DNA of 25,501 nt from an uncultured virus (IMG/VR IMGVR_UViG_3300027907_000553) (taxonomy: Duplodnaviria > Heunggongvirae > Uroviricota > Caudoviricetes), in the IMG/VR virus record IMGVR_UViG_3300027907_000553; one strand, given 5' to 3'. Every line of letters begins with the position of its first letter. Within the stretch, counting starts at the first letter, position 1. Both the position numbers and the translations under genes were made by a program. Below are positions 7,345-15,549 of this stretch, in pieces. The notes under the pieces were generated by a model that searched no databases, had not been told where the DNA came from, and worked only from the letters and a program-made list of their open reading frames with translations.

Positions 7345-8280
7345 ATGGCCCTGACTATTGTTGAGGCGTCCAAGCTCAATTCCGGCGATGTCGCCCGCAC
7401 AGCGATCGTGGAGATGTACGCGAGGAATTCTGACATCCTGAGAGTGTTACCCTTTGAAGGCATAGCGGGCAACGCACTCAAGTATAATCGGGAGGATATT
7501 TTGCCCGGCGTGGGGTTTCGCGGGGTGAACGAAGGTTTCACGGAGTCGGTGGGCGTCCTGAACCCCATCACAGAATCCCTTGTCATTGCTGGGGGAGACC
7601 TGGATGTTGATAGGTTCATAACCCAAACCATGGGGGCGAACCAGCGCAGCGTGCAGGAAGGGTTGAAGGTGAAGGCCCTCGCGCATCGCTGGACCCTCGC
7701 CTTCATCAAGGGCGACAGTAGTGCCGATCCTCGAGAATTTGATGGTCTACAAAGGCGTATCCCGCCAGGGAGCTCGCAACTGCTCGATGCCGGGGCCACG
7801 TCGGGCGGGGATGCGCTGTCGCTCTTCAAGCTGGATACGCTGATCAGCAAGGTCGATGATCCCAACTACCTCATTATGAACAATACTATGGCTCTGAGGC
7901 TGGCACAGGCGGCCCGCAATACGGCGGTGGGCGGCTTCATTACGTGGGACCCCAATCAGTTTGGGCAGCGTGTCATGGCCTACAACGGCATTCCGATCCT
8001 GGTCGCCCGTGAGGATAACCTCGGCAACGATATCCTGCCGTTTACGGAGGCCAACCCTGGCGGTGGCGCAGCAGCCAGCACGAGCATCTATGCGGTGCAG
8101 ATGGGCGACGGCGGGCTCGTTGGGATACAGAATCAAGACATAAGCGTAAGAGACCTAGGAGAATTAGAAGCTAAGCCGGTTTTTAGGACCAGAGTGGAAT
8201 GGTATGCTTCGATCGCGGTTTTTTCGGGCCGTAGCATGGCGCGCTTGAGGGGGGTAAAGGATGCATCTGTGGTAGTATGA
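7345..8280 (+). CDS. Major capsid protein (HK97 fold)
   Basis: LPFEGIAGNALKYNRE..LPGVGFRGVNEG, GGDLDVDRFI, FIKGD...EFDGL, RTRVEWY; SD GGAGG. Confidence 0.93.
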   Translation: MALTIVEASKLNSGDVARTAIVEMYARNSDILRVLPFEGIAGNALKYNREDILPGVGFRGVNEGFTESVGVLNPITESLVIAGGDLDVDRFITQTMGANQRSVQEGLKVKALAHRWTLAFIKGDSSADPREFDGLQRRIPPGSSQLLDAGATSGGDALSLFKLDTLISKVDDPNYLIMNNTMALRLAQAARNTAVGGFITWDPNQFGQRVMAYNGIPILVAREDNLGNDILPFTEANPGGGAAASTSIYAVQMGDGGLVGIQNQDISVRDLGELEAKPVFRTRVEWYASIAVFSGRSMARLRGVKDASVVV

Positions 8281-8294
8281 TTAGATGCATCCTT
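8257..8294. repeat. 12-bp perfect inverted repeat at the capsid/HNH convergence
   Basis: AAGGATGCATCT-14 nt-AGATGCATCCTT spanning the capsid stop. Confidence 0.7.
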
Positions 8295-8301
8295 GTATAT
8301 A

Positions 8302-9258
8302 CTATGGATCATAGCGATGCTTGAGTCGACTCCATATAGCATGCTGGCTAACACCGTAGCGTTTTGCAAGGGCAGTCTGCGTCCATGCGCCGCTATCCCA
8401 CAAGGCCAGGGCTTCAGCCCACTCAGCATCACTTATCTTCCAGTTCGCATTGCGTTCTCCACGTGGGGCTCGTTCACGATGAACCCGCAATCCACTGCGA
8501 TCCCCTCGGGCCAGCAATTCAGGATGCGTAACATTGACATTGCGGCCTTTATCAACGCAATCAACCATGTTAGCAGTTTGTGTTCCTTCCCAGAGGTGTG
8601 CAGGGTTACAACAGGCCCTGACGTCGCACGTATGCAGCACCTGCATCTCAGGCGCTGGCCAGCGGCCATGGTGAAGAAAGAAACTGGCGACATGTGCCCC
8701 GTCATGGAGCAAGACGCCATTCTCTCGGACCTGAAATTGTCCATAGCCATTCTCATGCACGCTCGCTGTCCACAACCAGCACTCGTCTGGTCCGGCTATG
8801 GCTACTTTGCTCCAAAAGCGTTCTTCGAGCGTTTGGGGCCAACGTATGGCCGCTATCGCAAACGTTTGGCACTGCCGACAACAATAGGTTGCTTCTTTGA
8901 GACGCGAGGGGGCGACCTCAAAAGGTTTGCTACAAGGTTCGTAGGCACAGATCAAGCTGGTGTATTCAGTCCGGCGATGCCGACTTGCCAACTCAGAACA
9001 TCCATGCGAGCAATACCGCATGCCTCGTTTTGCAACAGACGGTTTCGCTTCAAAGGACTTGCTGCACGGCTCATAGGCACAGGTCAGCGTGACGCGACGT
9101 TTTTTGGACTCGGCGGCAACCGCGTTCCCCAAATTACCACAGGCACGCGAACAGTAGATTTTGGTGCTTTGCTTGAGTCTCGAAGGAAATACTACGAAGG
9201 GCTTGCTACAGGGTTCCCACGCGCAAATAACTGGAATACCGTTGACAGGCTCAACCAT
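8302..9258 (-). CDS. Free-standing HNH homing endonuclease with three N-terminal Zn-ribbon repeats and a C-terminal HTH
   Basis: 3x CA(W/Y)EPCSK.F...YC..C; ERFWSKV..CWLW..GYG..HTCDVRACCNPAHLWEGTQTANM; SD GGGAGG. Confidence 0.92.
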   Translation of the reverse strand: MVEPVNGIPVICAWEPCSKPFVVFPSRLKQSTKIYCSRACGNLGNAVAAESKKRRVTLTCAYEPCSKSFEAKPSVAKRGMRYCSHGCSELASRHRRTEYTSLICAYEPCSKPFEVAPSRLKEATYCCRQCQTFAIAAIRWPQTLEERFWSKVAIAGPDECWLWTASVHENGYGQFQVRENGVLLHDGAHVASFFLHHGRWPAPEMQVLHTCDVRACCNPAHLWEGTQTANMVDCVDKGRNVNVTHPELLARGDRSGLRVHRERAPRGERNANWKISDAEWAEALALWDSGAWTQTALAKRYGVSQHAIWSRLKHRYDP

Positions 9259-9375
9259 CAGACAACCTCCCTATTAGGTCGATGTGATATGCAGTTAGGC
9301 CCTCGTGCTGATAGGGCAACACAAGGCTTGGATACGAGCGGTGATCAGCCGCTACCTAACCACACGAGTATAGCA
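9259..9375 (-). promoter_or_regulatory. Extended -10 promoter (TGCTATACT) and structured 5' leader of HNH1
   Basis: GAGTATAGCA at 9366-9375 shared with 14004-14013; three-way junction folded by eye. Confidence 0.65.
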
Positions 9376-9404
9376 TAAATGCTTGTGGAAAGAAAGGAAA
9401 CATA

Positions 9405-9833
9405 GTGACGACTGCCGTATTCGATAAAGCCCTAGAACTTTTAGCACCAGGAGCCGCTTTGGCTGCCAACGGTAGCAGTACCGGCGTACTCCTCTACCCG
9501 CGCCAGTTTCCGTCTGCAGATTGGGTGGTTTACCTGTCCGCGGTCGTTGCTACGGGCACGTATACGTTCAATCTCCAGGTCAGCGACCTCGTGGGTGGCA
9601 CGTATACGACGGTAGCCACTATCACATGGCCTCCCGCTGTGGCGGCTGGCAAGCTGTCGGTCGGGATTAAGGGCAGTCAGGCGCAGTGGTTTGACAACGA
9701 TAGCAAATTTGTCCGCGTCAACTATGTGATCGGTGGGACCACGCCTGGCGCCGTCGTGGGATCGTATATCACGCTCCCATCCAACAATGCTGGCCTTGCC
9801 GTCGATGTCGGTGATATATATACATTTGTATAA
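9405..9833 (+). CDS. Capsid decoration/cement-like protein
   Basis: Beta-rich 142 aa, FDKALEL..., KFVRVNYVIGGT; first + strand gene after the capsid; SD AAGGA. Confidence 0.7.
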   Translation: MTTAVFDKALELLAPGAALAANGSSTGVLLYPRQFPSADWVVYLSAVVATGTYTFNLQVSDLVGGTYTTVATITWPPAVAAGKLSVGIKGSQAQWFDNDSKFVRVNYVIGGTTPGAVVGSYITLPSNNAGLAVDVGDIYTFV

Positions 9834-9868
9834 TATTCTATATTGTTCATAGAATGGAGGATCATGCC

Positions 9869-10276
9869 ATGCCTCAAAATCCAGTCATGGTCTATGCCAA
9901 AGAGGACGGAACTCCCTGCTACATGCACACCGTCGATGCCGCCGAAGCCGTGCGCCTGGGCGATTATACGCCCGCCCCGCCTGGCGGCAAGGATGTGGAA
10001 CCCGAGGCCCGCGCCTCGGCCATGAGCCGCTTCCGTACCGGTCAGGGCGCCACGCATCCTGAGCTTCAGACCGAGGAGGAGCGTGAGGAGGCCCGTGCCA
10101 AGGCGAATGAGCAAGCGGAGCTGCTGGCAGGCGTGCCCGAAGGCGCGCAGGTGGTCGTGATGGCGCCGACACCCGCCACCACGCCGACAGCGCGGAGTAC
10201 GGCGCGCAGCCACCAGGCGACGGCCAGTAGCAGTACGCCACCAGCGACCCAGCCCGCCTCGCGGCGCAGTGAATAG
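9869..10276 (+). CDS. Hypothetical head-associated protein
   Basis: SD GGAGG; MHTVDAAEAV; low-complexity C-terminus; position after the decoration gene. Confidence 0.7.
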   Translation: MPQNPVMVYAKEDGTPCYMHTVDAAEAVRLGDYTPAPPGGKDVEPEARASAMSRFRTGQGATHPELQTEEEREEARAKANEQAELLAGVPEGAQVVVMAPTPATTPTARSTARSHQATASSSTPPATQPASRRSE

Positions 10277-10284
10277 GCCAGGCG

Positions 10285-11037
10285 ATGGCGGTTGAGGACG
10301 TGACGATCGGGCAGTGTCGATTGATCTGTGGGGATGCGTTTGCTTTCGCGTCCGATATCCAAGCTCATGCCCTGATCAGCGATCCTCCCTATGGGATGAA
10401 CTTTGATTATACGAAGAAGCGCGGCGTGTCTGTCTATAGCTCTAATGGCGAAAAACGCTTAGAAAGCTTCTATACGGACCGTCCTCTCAAATGGCATGGG
10501 TCTATTGTTGGGGATACTATGCCGTTTATGCCTGAGCCATTCTTGCGGTTTCCCCAGATTATTCTCTGGGGCGCGAATCACTATGCCTCACGATTGCCTG
10601 ATAGTGGGGGTTGGCTTATCTGGGACAAGCGGGTCGGGATGGGCTCTAATGATTTTAGTGATTGCGAACTGGCCTGGACCAACTTGCGTGGAGCGACGCG
10701 CCTACATCGCCAGCTCTGGAGTGGCCTCGTGCGCGAGGGCGAGGAGGTCGGGAAAGTGAAGTGTCACCCCGCGCAAAAACCTATTGCTCTCATGCGCTGG
10801 TGTGTCGAGCAAACGACTGGCACCGTTTTCGACCCGTTTATGGGTAGTGGGACGACCGGTGTGGCCTGTGTAGAAAACCAGCGCCCGTTTATCGGCATTG
10901 AAATTGAGCCACGCTACTTTGATGTGGCTTGTCGGCGCATTGAGGAAGCGCATCAACAGATGCCGCTCTTTCCCGTGGTCCCTCGCGGTGTCGAACCGCA
11001 GCAAGCGTCCCTCTTTGCGGCAGCAGGAGGTGCCTGA
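10285..11037 (+). CDS. DNA N6-adenine/N4-cytosine methyltransferase (beta class)
   Basis: SDPPY catalytic motif before HPAQKP and DPFMGSGTT SAM motif. Confidence 0.93.
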   Translation: MAVEDVTIGQCRLICGDAFAFASDIQAHALISDPPYGMNFDYTKKRGVSVYSSNGEKRLESFYTDRPLKWHGSIVGDTMPFMPEPFLRFPQIILWGANHYASRLPDSGGWLIWDKRVGMGSNDFSDCELAWTNLRGATRLHRQLWSGLVREGEEVGKVKCHPAQKPIALMRWCVEQTTGTVFDPFMGSGTTGVACVENQRPFIGIEIEPRYFDVACRRIEEAHQQMPLFPVVPRGVEPQQASLFAAAGGA

Positions 11038-11038
11038 C

Positions 11039-11215
11039 ATGGTGCATCACGTCACGCCCTGGCTGTCCTGGGGCTGGTACCCTGAGCTGTCGGACTGGCG
11101 CTGGTGGTATTGTCTCGACGTGGAAGATGCCCCCTATGTCGTGTGGAGTCTGGAGTTGGGCCATTTCTGTGTGCGGGTGCGTTGGAAGCGTCCGCCTGCA
11201 GTGGGAGGCTCTTAG
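11039..11215 (+). CDS. Small Trp-rich hypothetical protein
   Basis: SD AGGAGG; fills the gap between the MTase and the adaptor. Confidence 0.6.
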   Translation: MVHHVTPWLSWGWYPELSDWRWWYCLDVEDAPYVVWSLELGHFCVRVRWKRPPAVGGS

Positions 11216-11217
11216 CC

Positions 11218-11751
11218 ATGGCCCTGGATGCCACTCCAGGTGGCGCGAATAGTAATTCTTATACCACGGTGGCCGACGCGACCCTGTACCTCCAGCAGCG
11301 TCCGTATCACGAGGCGTGGAATGCCGCGCTGGTGAGTGGCGACGCGGCCCCGGCGCTGATGTGGGCGACCAGCCTGCTCGACAGCCTCGTGCACTGGTAC
11401 GGGACGCCGACGACGCTGACGCAGGCCCTTGCCTGGCCGCAAACGGGGCAGGTGGATCGCTACGGGCGTCCGCTCGATCCGCTCCTCATCCCCGTCGCAG
11501 TGGAACAGGCGACTGCCGTCTATGCCTTAGCGCTGCTCGGGGATACGACGCTGAGTCAGCCGAACGGCGGTAGTCAGACGGCGGGCATCAAGTCCACGAA
11601 GATTGGCGGGACGACGATCACGTACCAGGATAACCCGAATCCCGTGGCGGGCACCTCGCCGGTGACGAGCGTGCCGAGTGAGGTTCGCGCACTACTCAAG
11701 GGGTATGGTACGATGGCGGGCATGATCAACATACCTATCCTTCGCACATGA
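11218..11751 (+). CDS. Head-tail adaptor/connector (DnaT-like family)
   Basis: NSNSYTTVADA..Y, QALAWP, IPVAVEQA, IKSTKIG..TITY pattern; SD GGAGG. Confidence 0.85.
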   Translation: MALDATPGGANSNSYTTVADATLYLQQRPYHEAWNAALVSGDAAPALMWATSLLDSLVHWYGTPTTLTQALAWPQTGQVDRYGRPLDPLLIPVAVEQATAVYALALLGDTTLSQPNGGSQTAGIKSTKIGGTTITYQDNPNPVAGTSPVTSVPSEVRALLKGYGTMAGMINIPILRT

Positions 11752-11759
11752 GGTGCCGT

Positions 11760-12722
11760 ATGCAGAGCATGCTCGTTAATGGACACGAGATTGACCAGCT
11801 TGTCTATCAGGGTATTCCGGTAGTCACGTATGAACAGATCGCCCTCGTCCATCAGGTTCCTGTTGCCAACATCCATAAGACGTTCCAGCGGCATAAAGCG
11901 GAGTTTCGAGAAGGTGAAGATTATTTTGCCCTTGATTTTGCTGAAGTAGCCTCGCTTGGACTTAGAGTCCAAGCGAACTCTAATGGCCTAACTCTCTTTA
12001 CAGAAGACGGCTATCTCCTGCTCGTGAAACCTATGCGCGACAAAGTATCCTGGCAGGTGCAGCGTATGATGCGCGATGCCTATTTCCGCGACCAAGCTCA
12101 CCAAGTAGAGCCCCAGAGCAGTGGTGAAGTAGACCGTCTGGCGGCGATTGTTGGGTTTGCCTATCAGAAGCTTGACCGGAAGATCGACAGCATCGAGCAG
12201 AATACCCGTGCGCGTCTCGAAGATGAGCAACGTGCCAATGATACTCGCTTCAAGCGCATCGAAGCCTTAGAGGCTCACCGCGTTGAACGCCTAGAGGCTA
12301 TCGAACATACCGTTGAGGCGATGGCCACGGTCGCGGCTGGCCCGTCTCCAAGCGTTATGGTCAATACGGTCGACGACTTTGTTGCAAATCGGCTGAGTAT
12401 GCTGGGATTGAGACCGTATACGAAACCCAAGGTCTTTGTGGCAGCTTTTAAAGCCTATATGCGTAGCCACTATGCATGTCAAAGTCAGTGCGGCGAGGAG
12501 ATCTACGCCCAGGAAGATTTGCTCGAAGCTTATACAACAGCGGGCTTTGGGACGCGAGAGAATCGCCATCTTGCAGGGGATGACCGCCTCCTTGCGGAAC
12601 ATGACCTTTTTCTTGACTGCGTGAGTAGAAAGCGCCAGCAACAAGGGGCACGGCCGCGCTTTCCGCGCTCTGTGAAGTCACCGCTTCTCTATAAACCGCA
12701 GAGCGAGGACGAGGGAGCGTAA
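11760..12722 (+). CDS. ORF6N-domain antirepressor-like DNA-binding protein
   Basis: YQGIPVVTYEQIA.VH...F.EGEDYF...LFTEDGYLLLVKPMRDKVSWQVQR..AYF, then coiled coil. Confidence 0.85.
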   Translation: MQSMLVNGHEIDQLVYQGIPVVTYEQIALVHQVPVANIHKTFQRHKAEFREGEDYFALDFAEVASLGLRVQANSNGLTLFTEDGYLLLVKPMRDKVSWQVQRMMRDAYFRDQAHQVEPQSSGEVDRLAAIVGFAYQKLDRKIDSIEQNTRARLEDEQRANDTRFKRIEALEAHRVERLEAIEHTVEAMATVAAGPSPSVMVNTVDDFVANRLSMLGLRPYTKPKVFVAAFKAYMRSHYACQSQCGEEIYAQEDLLEAYTTAGFGTRENRHLAGDDRLLAEHDLFLDCVSRKRQQQGARPRFPRSVKSPLLYKPQSEDEGA

Positions 12723-12726
12723 AGCC

Positions 12727-13041
12727 ATGCACGCGGCCTTAGTCGCCTTCTTAACCGATACGGTCCTCGTAGCCCCCTACACGGGCCAGGACGGCTATGG
12801 CACGCCCACGTATGGCCCCGCCGTCGCTACCCCCTGCCGCGTGGAGTACCGCACGCAGGTCTTTACCAACGCGCAAGGGCAAGAGCGGGTCAGCCGGGCG
12901 CTGCTGTTCTTTGATGGCACGGTGACGCTGGATATTCGCCATAAACTGACGCTCGAAGACGGCACGAGCCCAGCGATCGAGCGGCTCGATCTGTGGAAGA
13001 CGCCGCAAGGAGCTAAGGACCATTGGGAGTGTATCATTTAG
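12727..13041 (+). CDS. Head-tail stopper/closure protein
   Basis: GQDGYGTPTYG...CRVE...GQERVS; size and position. Confidence 0.75.
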   Translation: MHAALVAFLTDTVLVAPYTGQDGYGTPTYGPAVATPCRVEYRTQVFTNAQGQERVSRALLFFDGTVTLDIRHKLTLEDGTSPAIERLDLWKTPQGAKDHWECII

Positions 13042-13897
13042 GAATATTCGTACTGTGGCTGAACGATTGCCGCACGGGTGTTGTAAGTATCTTTTCATCG
13101 GACCATCCATAGGTGTGGCGGTCAATAAGAATTTGATGCTTGATATGCAGAATGGTACTCCACTCACTCAGGCAATGCGTTTCTCCATGCAGGGTCAGAA
13201 AGACCGTGTTACGGGTATTTCTCGCTTGTTCTATGCGTGTCGCCCAACGGACATTCCCCGGTGCATAGGGGCCGTTGTTGTCAGGATACCGATCCAAGGT
13301 ATGATGGGGACTTGGGCGAGGGCCGACATGGGCAAAGAATGCTTCAAAACTTGTGCGCCAGTCGTCACAGACCGTAATGCCACGCCCCCCGTAGCGCGGA
13401 TAGTCTTTCGACGTTGGCGAGTCACAGCGTTCTTTCATTTTCTGCCAGGCTTTGTATTCCGGCGTGGTACGAGTTCTTCTGTTCTGCCCATGCTTCAGGT
13501 TTCCTCGTTGCAACTGTTCTGCACGCAGGCATCCACAACTCTTGACCGATTTGCTTTGCAAGTCACGGGTTGTGACCGAAAGACGGTTGCCACAAATGCA
13601 TATGCAGATCCACCATGTCCCGCGTTCAGGATGCAGGGGCATGGTATCACGATGCATCACCGTCAGACGGGTAAAGGTCTTGTCTGTCAGGTCAAGAAAA
13701 TTGACCGGCGATTTATGCCGCAAACAGCCGCAACTGCGAGTGCGATGGGCGCGCAGCATAGACGACCGAACCGACACGATCTTGCCGCATTGACATTGAC
13801 ACCACCACGAATACTCGATGGTTGTGGCAGTGGTATCGCGAGCTATGACGGTCAACTGGTCAAACGTTTGGTCAGTCAGATCAATAAAATAGGCCAC
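13034..13897 (-). CDS. HNH-type homing endonuclease with two N-terminal Cys-rich repeats
   Basis: 2x DLTD.TF..LTV...C.C.CG...SCGC; MKERC...YGGRGITVC..W, TLDR..NNG.Y.P.NVRWAT; GTG13897 with SD GAGGAG. Confidence 0.9.
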   Translation of the reverse strand: MAYFIDLTDQTFDQLTVIARDTTATTIEYSWWCQCQCGKIVSVRSSMLRAHRTRSCGCLRHKSPVNFLDLTDKTFTRLTVMHRDTMPLHPERGTWWICICICGNRLSVTTRDLQSKSVKSCGCLRAEQLQRGNLKHGQNRRTRTTPEYKAWQKMKERCDSPTSKDYPRYGGRGITVCDDWRTSFEAFFAHVGPRPSPHHTLDRYPDNNGPYAPGNVRWATRIEQARNTRNTVFLTLHGETHCLSEWSTILHIKHQILIDRHTYGWSDEKILTTPVRQSFSHSTNIPK

Positions 13898-14013
13898 AGG
13901 TTGCCTCCTCACTTAGGCACGAGACTCACAAAGAGGAACGGCATAGCAGCAAGTGTGAGTGCTTGTGTTTCGGGTCGCGATTCCCTAGCTATACCGCATA
14001 GTGGAGTATAGCA
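13898..14013 (-). promoter_or_regulatory. Extended -10 promoter (TGCTATACT) and structured 5' leader of HNH2
   Basis: Same 10-mer as HNH1; 9-bp closing stem with two inner hairpins. Confidence 0.65.
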
Positions 14014-14035
14014 GATTGTATCGAGGAATACTCCT

Positions 14036-14425
14036 ATGATTACGGTCGAAGTGGCAGGATTGGATGTGCTTACGCGGACATTAAGTCGCCTCTCGGCACA
14101 GGCTCGTGATGGCGTGGGACGCGCTTTGATGACGGAGGCCGATAGGATTCTGGAAGAGAGTCGGTTTCTGACCCCAGTGGACACCGGCCTCATGGTATCA
14201 ACAGGTCTAACAGAAGGACCAGTTGAGCAAGGCGCGACCCAAGAGATGGTGATCCGCTATGGCGCCCACGGACTTGCGCCGTATACCATTCGCCAGCATG
14301 AAGATACAACGCTCAACCATCCCAACGGTGGCCAAAGCCATTTCCTCAGTGCGCCGTTTTTCGCCGCGACGGGCGGTATGGCCGAACGCTTTGGCGCCAT
14401 CATTGGCCCGGCACTACGAGGCTAG
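14036..14425 (+). CDS. HK97 gp10-like tail completion protein
   Basis: TPVDTGLM..T, PYTIRQHE, HPNGGQSHFL motifs. Confidence 0.85.
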   Translation: MITVEVAGLDVLTRTLSRLSAQARDGVGRALMTEADRILEESRFLTPVDTGLMVSTGLTEGPVEQGATQEMVIRYGAHGLAPYTIRQHEDTTLNHPNGGQSHFLSAPFFAATGGMAERFGAIIGPALRG

Positions 14426-14427
14426 CG

Positions 14428-14691
14428 ATGCCCCAGTTTATGCGCCACGACGGCTATGGCAATCCGCTGCCCGACCTCGCCGACGCCCGCAAAGCCGTCC
14501 TCTATGAGCGGCCCTTTAATGCTCAGCAGCGGCGCACCATCCTCCAACTCCTCGAAGAGCAGTGGCGCGAACTGCTGCGCAAGGGCATGAACGGGGATGT
14601 GACGCTGACCTTTTACGTGCGGGACGGGCTCATTCAGCCCGATGTGGCGCTGACGGAAACGCATGTCTACCGCAGCGTGAAGGATGAGTAG
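14428..14691 (+). CDS. Small hypothetical protein
   Basis: 87 aa, tightly packed; NGDVTLTFYVRDGLI. Confidence 0.75.
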   Translation: MPQFMRHDGYGNPLPDLADARKAVLYERPFNAQQRRTILQLLEEQWRELLRKGMNGDVTLTFYVRDGLIQPDVALTETHVYRSVKDE

Positions 14692-14694
14692 CAT

Positions 14695-15105
14695 ATGTTG
14701 CTGGACGAGTTAGGCTCCTACCTCCAGAGTCAAGGCGTGGGTGCCGTGGGGAATACGCTGTTTAAGGGGAGTTTCCCGCTCGATACGATCGAGAACACGG
14801 CGCCCATTCTGGCCTTGATCGAAGTACCGGGGTTGCCGCCCATGCGCAGCCATGATGTGCCGGTGGCGCGTTACGAACAGCCCGTGGTGCAAGTCGCCAC
14901 GCGTGGGGCGCCGTACGGCTATCCGGCGGCGCGGGCGGCAGCACAGGCGGCCTGGGAGGTGCTCGACGGCGTGCAGAATGCCTCGCTCAGTGGGACGTTT
15001 TATCTGTGGCTCCAGGCACTCCAAAGCCCGTACTGGCTACGGACGGACGACTTTCAGCGGCCCGTCCTTTTATTCAACGTTCGATGCGCACGTGCGCTCG
15101 CATAA
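14695..15105 (+). CDS. Tail terminator / minor-capsid-family protein
   Basis: YLQSQGVG, EQPVVQVATRG..Y, ALQSP..L..D...RP...FN. Confidence 0.85.
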   Translation: MLLDELGSYLQSQGVGAVGNTLFKGSFPLDTIENTAPILALIEVPGLPPMRSHDVPVARYEQPVVQVATRGAPYGYPAARAAAQAAWEVLDGVQNASLSGTFYLWLQALQSPYWLRTDDFQRPVLLFNVRCARALA

Positions 15106-15114
15106 GGAACCCGT

Positions 15115-15519
15115 ATGGCACTCTTTCTGAGCGGCACTGTCCGCGATGCGGAACTCAATGCGATTGAAGCGGCCGTGAACGGTACTGGCGCCGCCACCCT
15201 AGAAATTCGCTCGGGTACCGTCCCGGCCAACTGTGCCGCCGCCGATACCGGGACCGCGCTCGCCATTGTCACCCTGGGTGCTGACTGGCTTGCGGCTGCG
15301 TCAGGCGGCGTCATCGCCAAAACCGGCCCGGCCTGGACCGATACGAGTGCCGATGCTACGGGCACGGCCGCCTATTTTCGCATTAAAGGCGGCACTACCT
15401 GCCATATCCAGGGCACGGTCGGCACCAGCGCGTCCGACATGATCGTGGACAACACCTCGTTCAATGCCGGGCAGCAGTTCACTATAAACTCGTTCCAAAT
15501 TACTATGGGCAACGCCTGA
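15115..15519 (+). CDS. Virion structural protein
   Basis: LEIRSGTVPA, ADATGTAAYFRI, QGTVGTS..D, typical small phage structural beta protein. Confidence 0.75.
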   Translation: MALFLSGTVRDAELNAIEAAVNGTGAATLEIRSGTVPANCAAADTGTALAIVTLGADWLAAASGGVIAKTGPAWTDTSADATGTAAYFRIKGGTTCHIQGTVGTSASDMIVDNTSFNAGQQFTINSFQITMGNA

Positions 15520-15549
15520 GTAGTAAAATCAAGTAGTTATGAGGAAGTA

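Noticed and set aside
8281..9404. HNH insertions as group I introns or IscB/HEARO elements
   Set aside because: They lie between intact genes and are antisense; no intron core or RuvC motifs were seen, and the leaders are only about 100 nt
11817..11827. 11-nt match CCGGTAGTCAC to the sequence after mini-array repeat 2
   Set aside because: Not at the seed end and of a length expected by chance in a window this size
12404..12414. GGGATTGAGAC resembling a CRISPR repeat end
   Set aside because: Inside the ORF6N coding sequence with no upstream CCC hairpin arm
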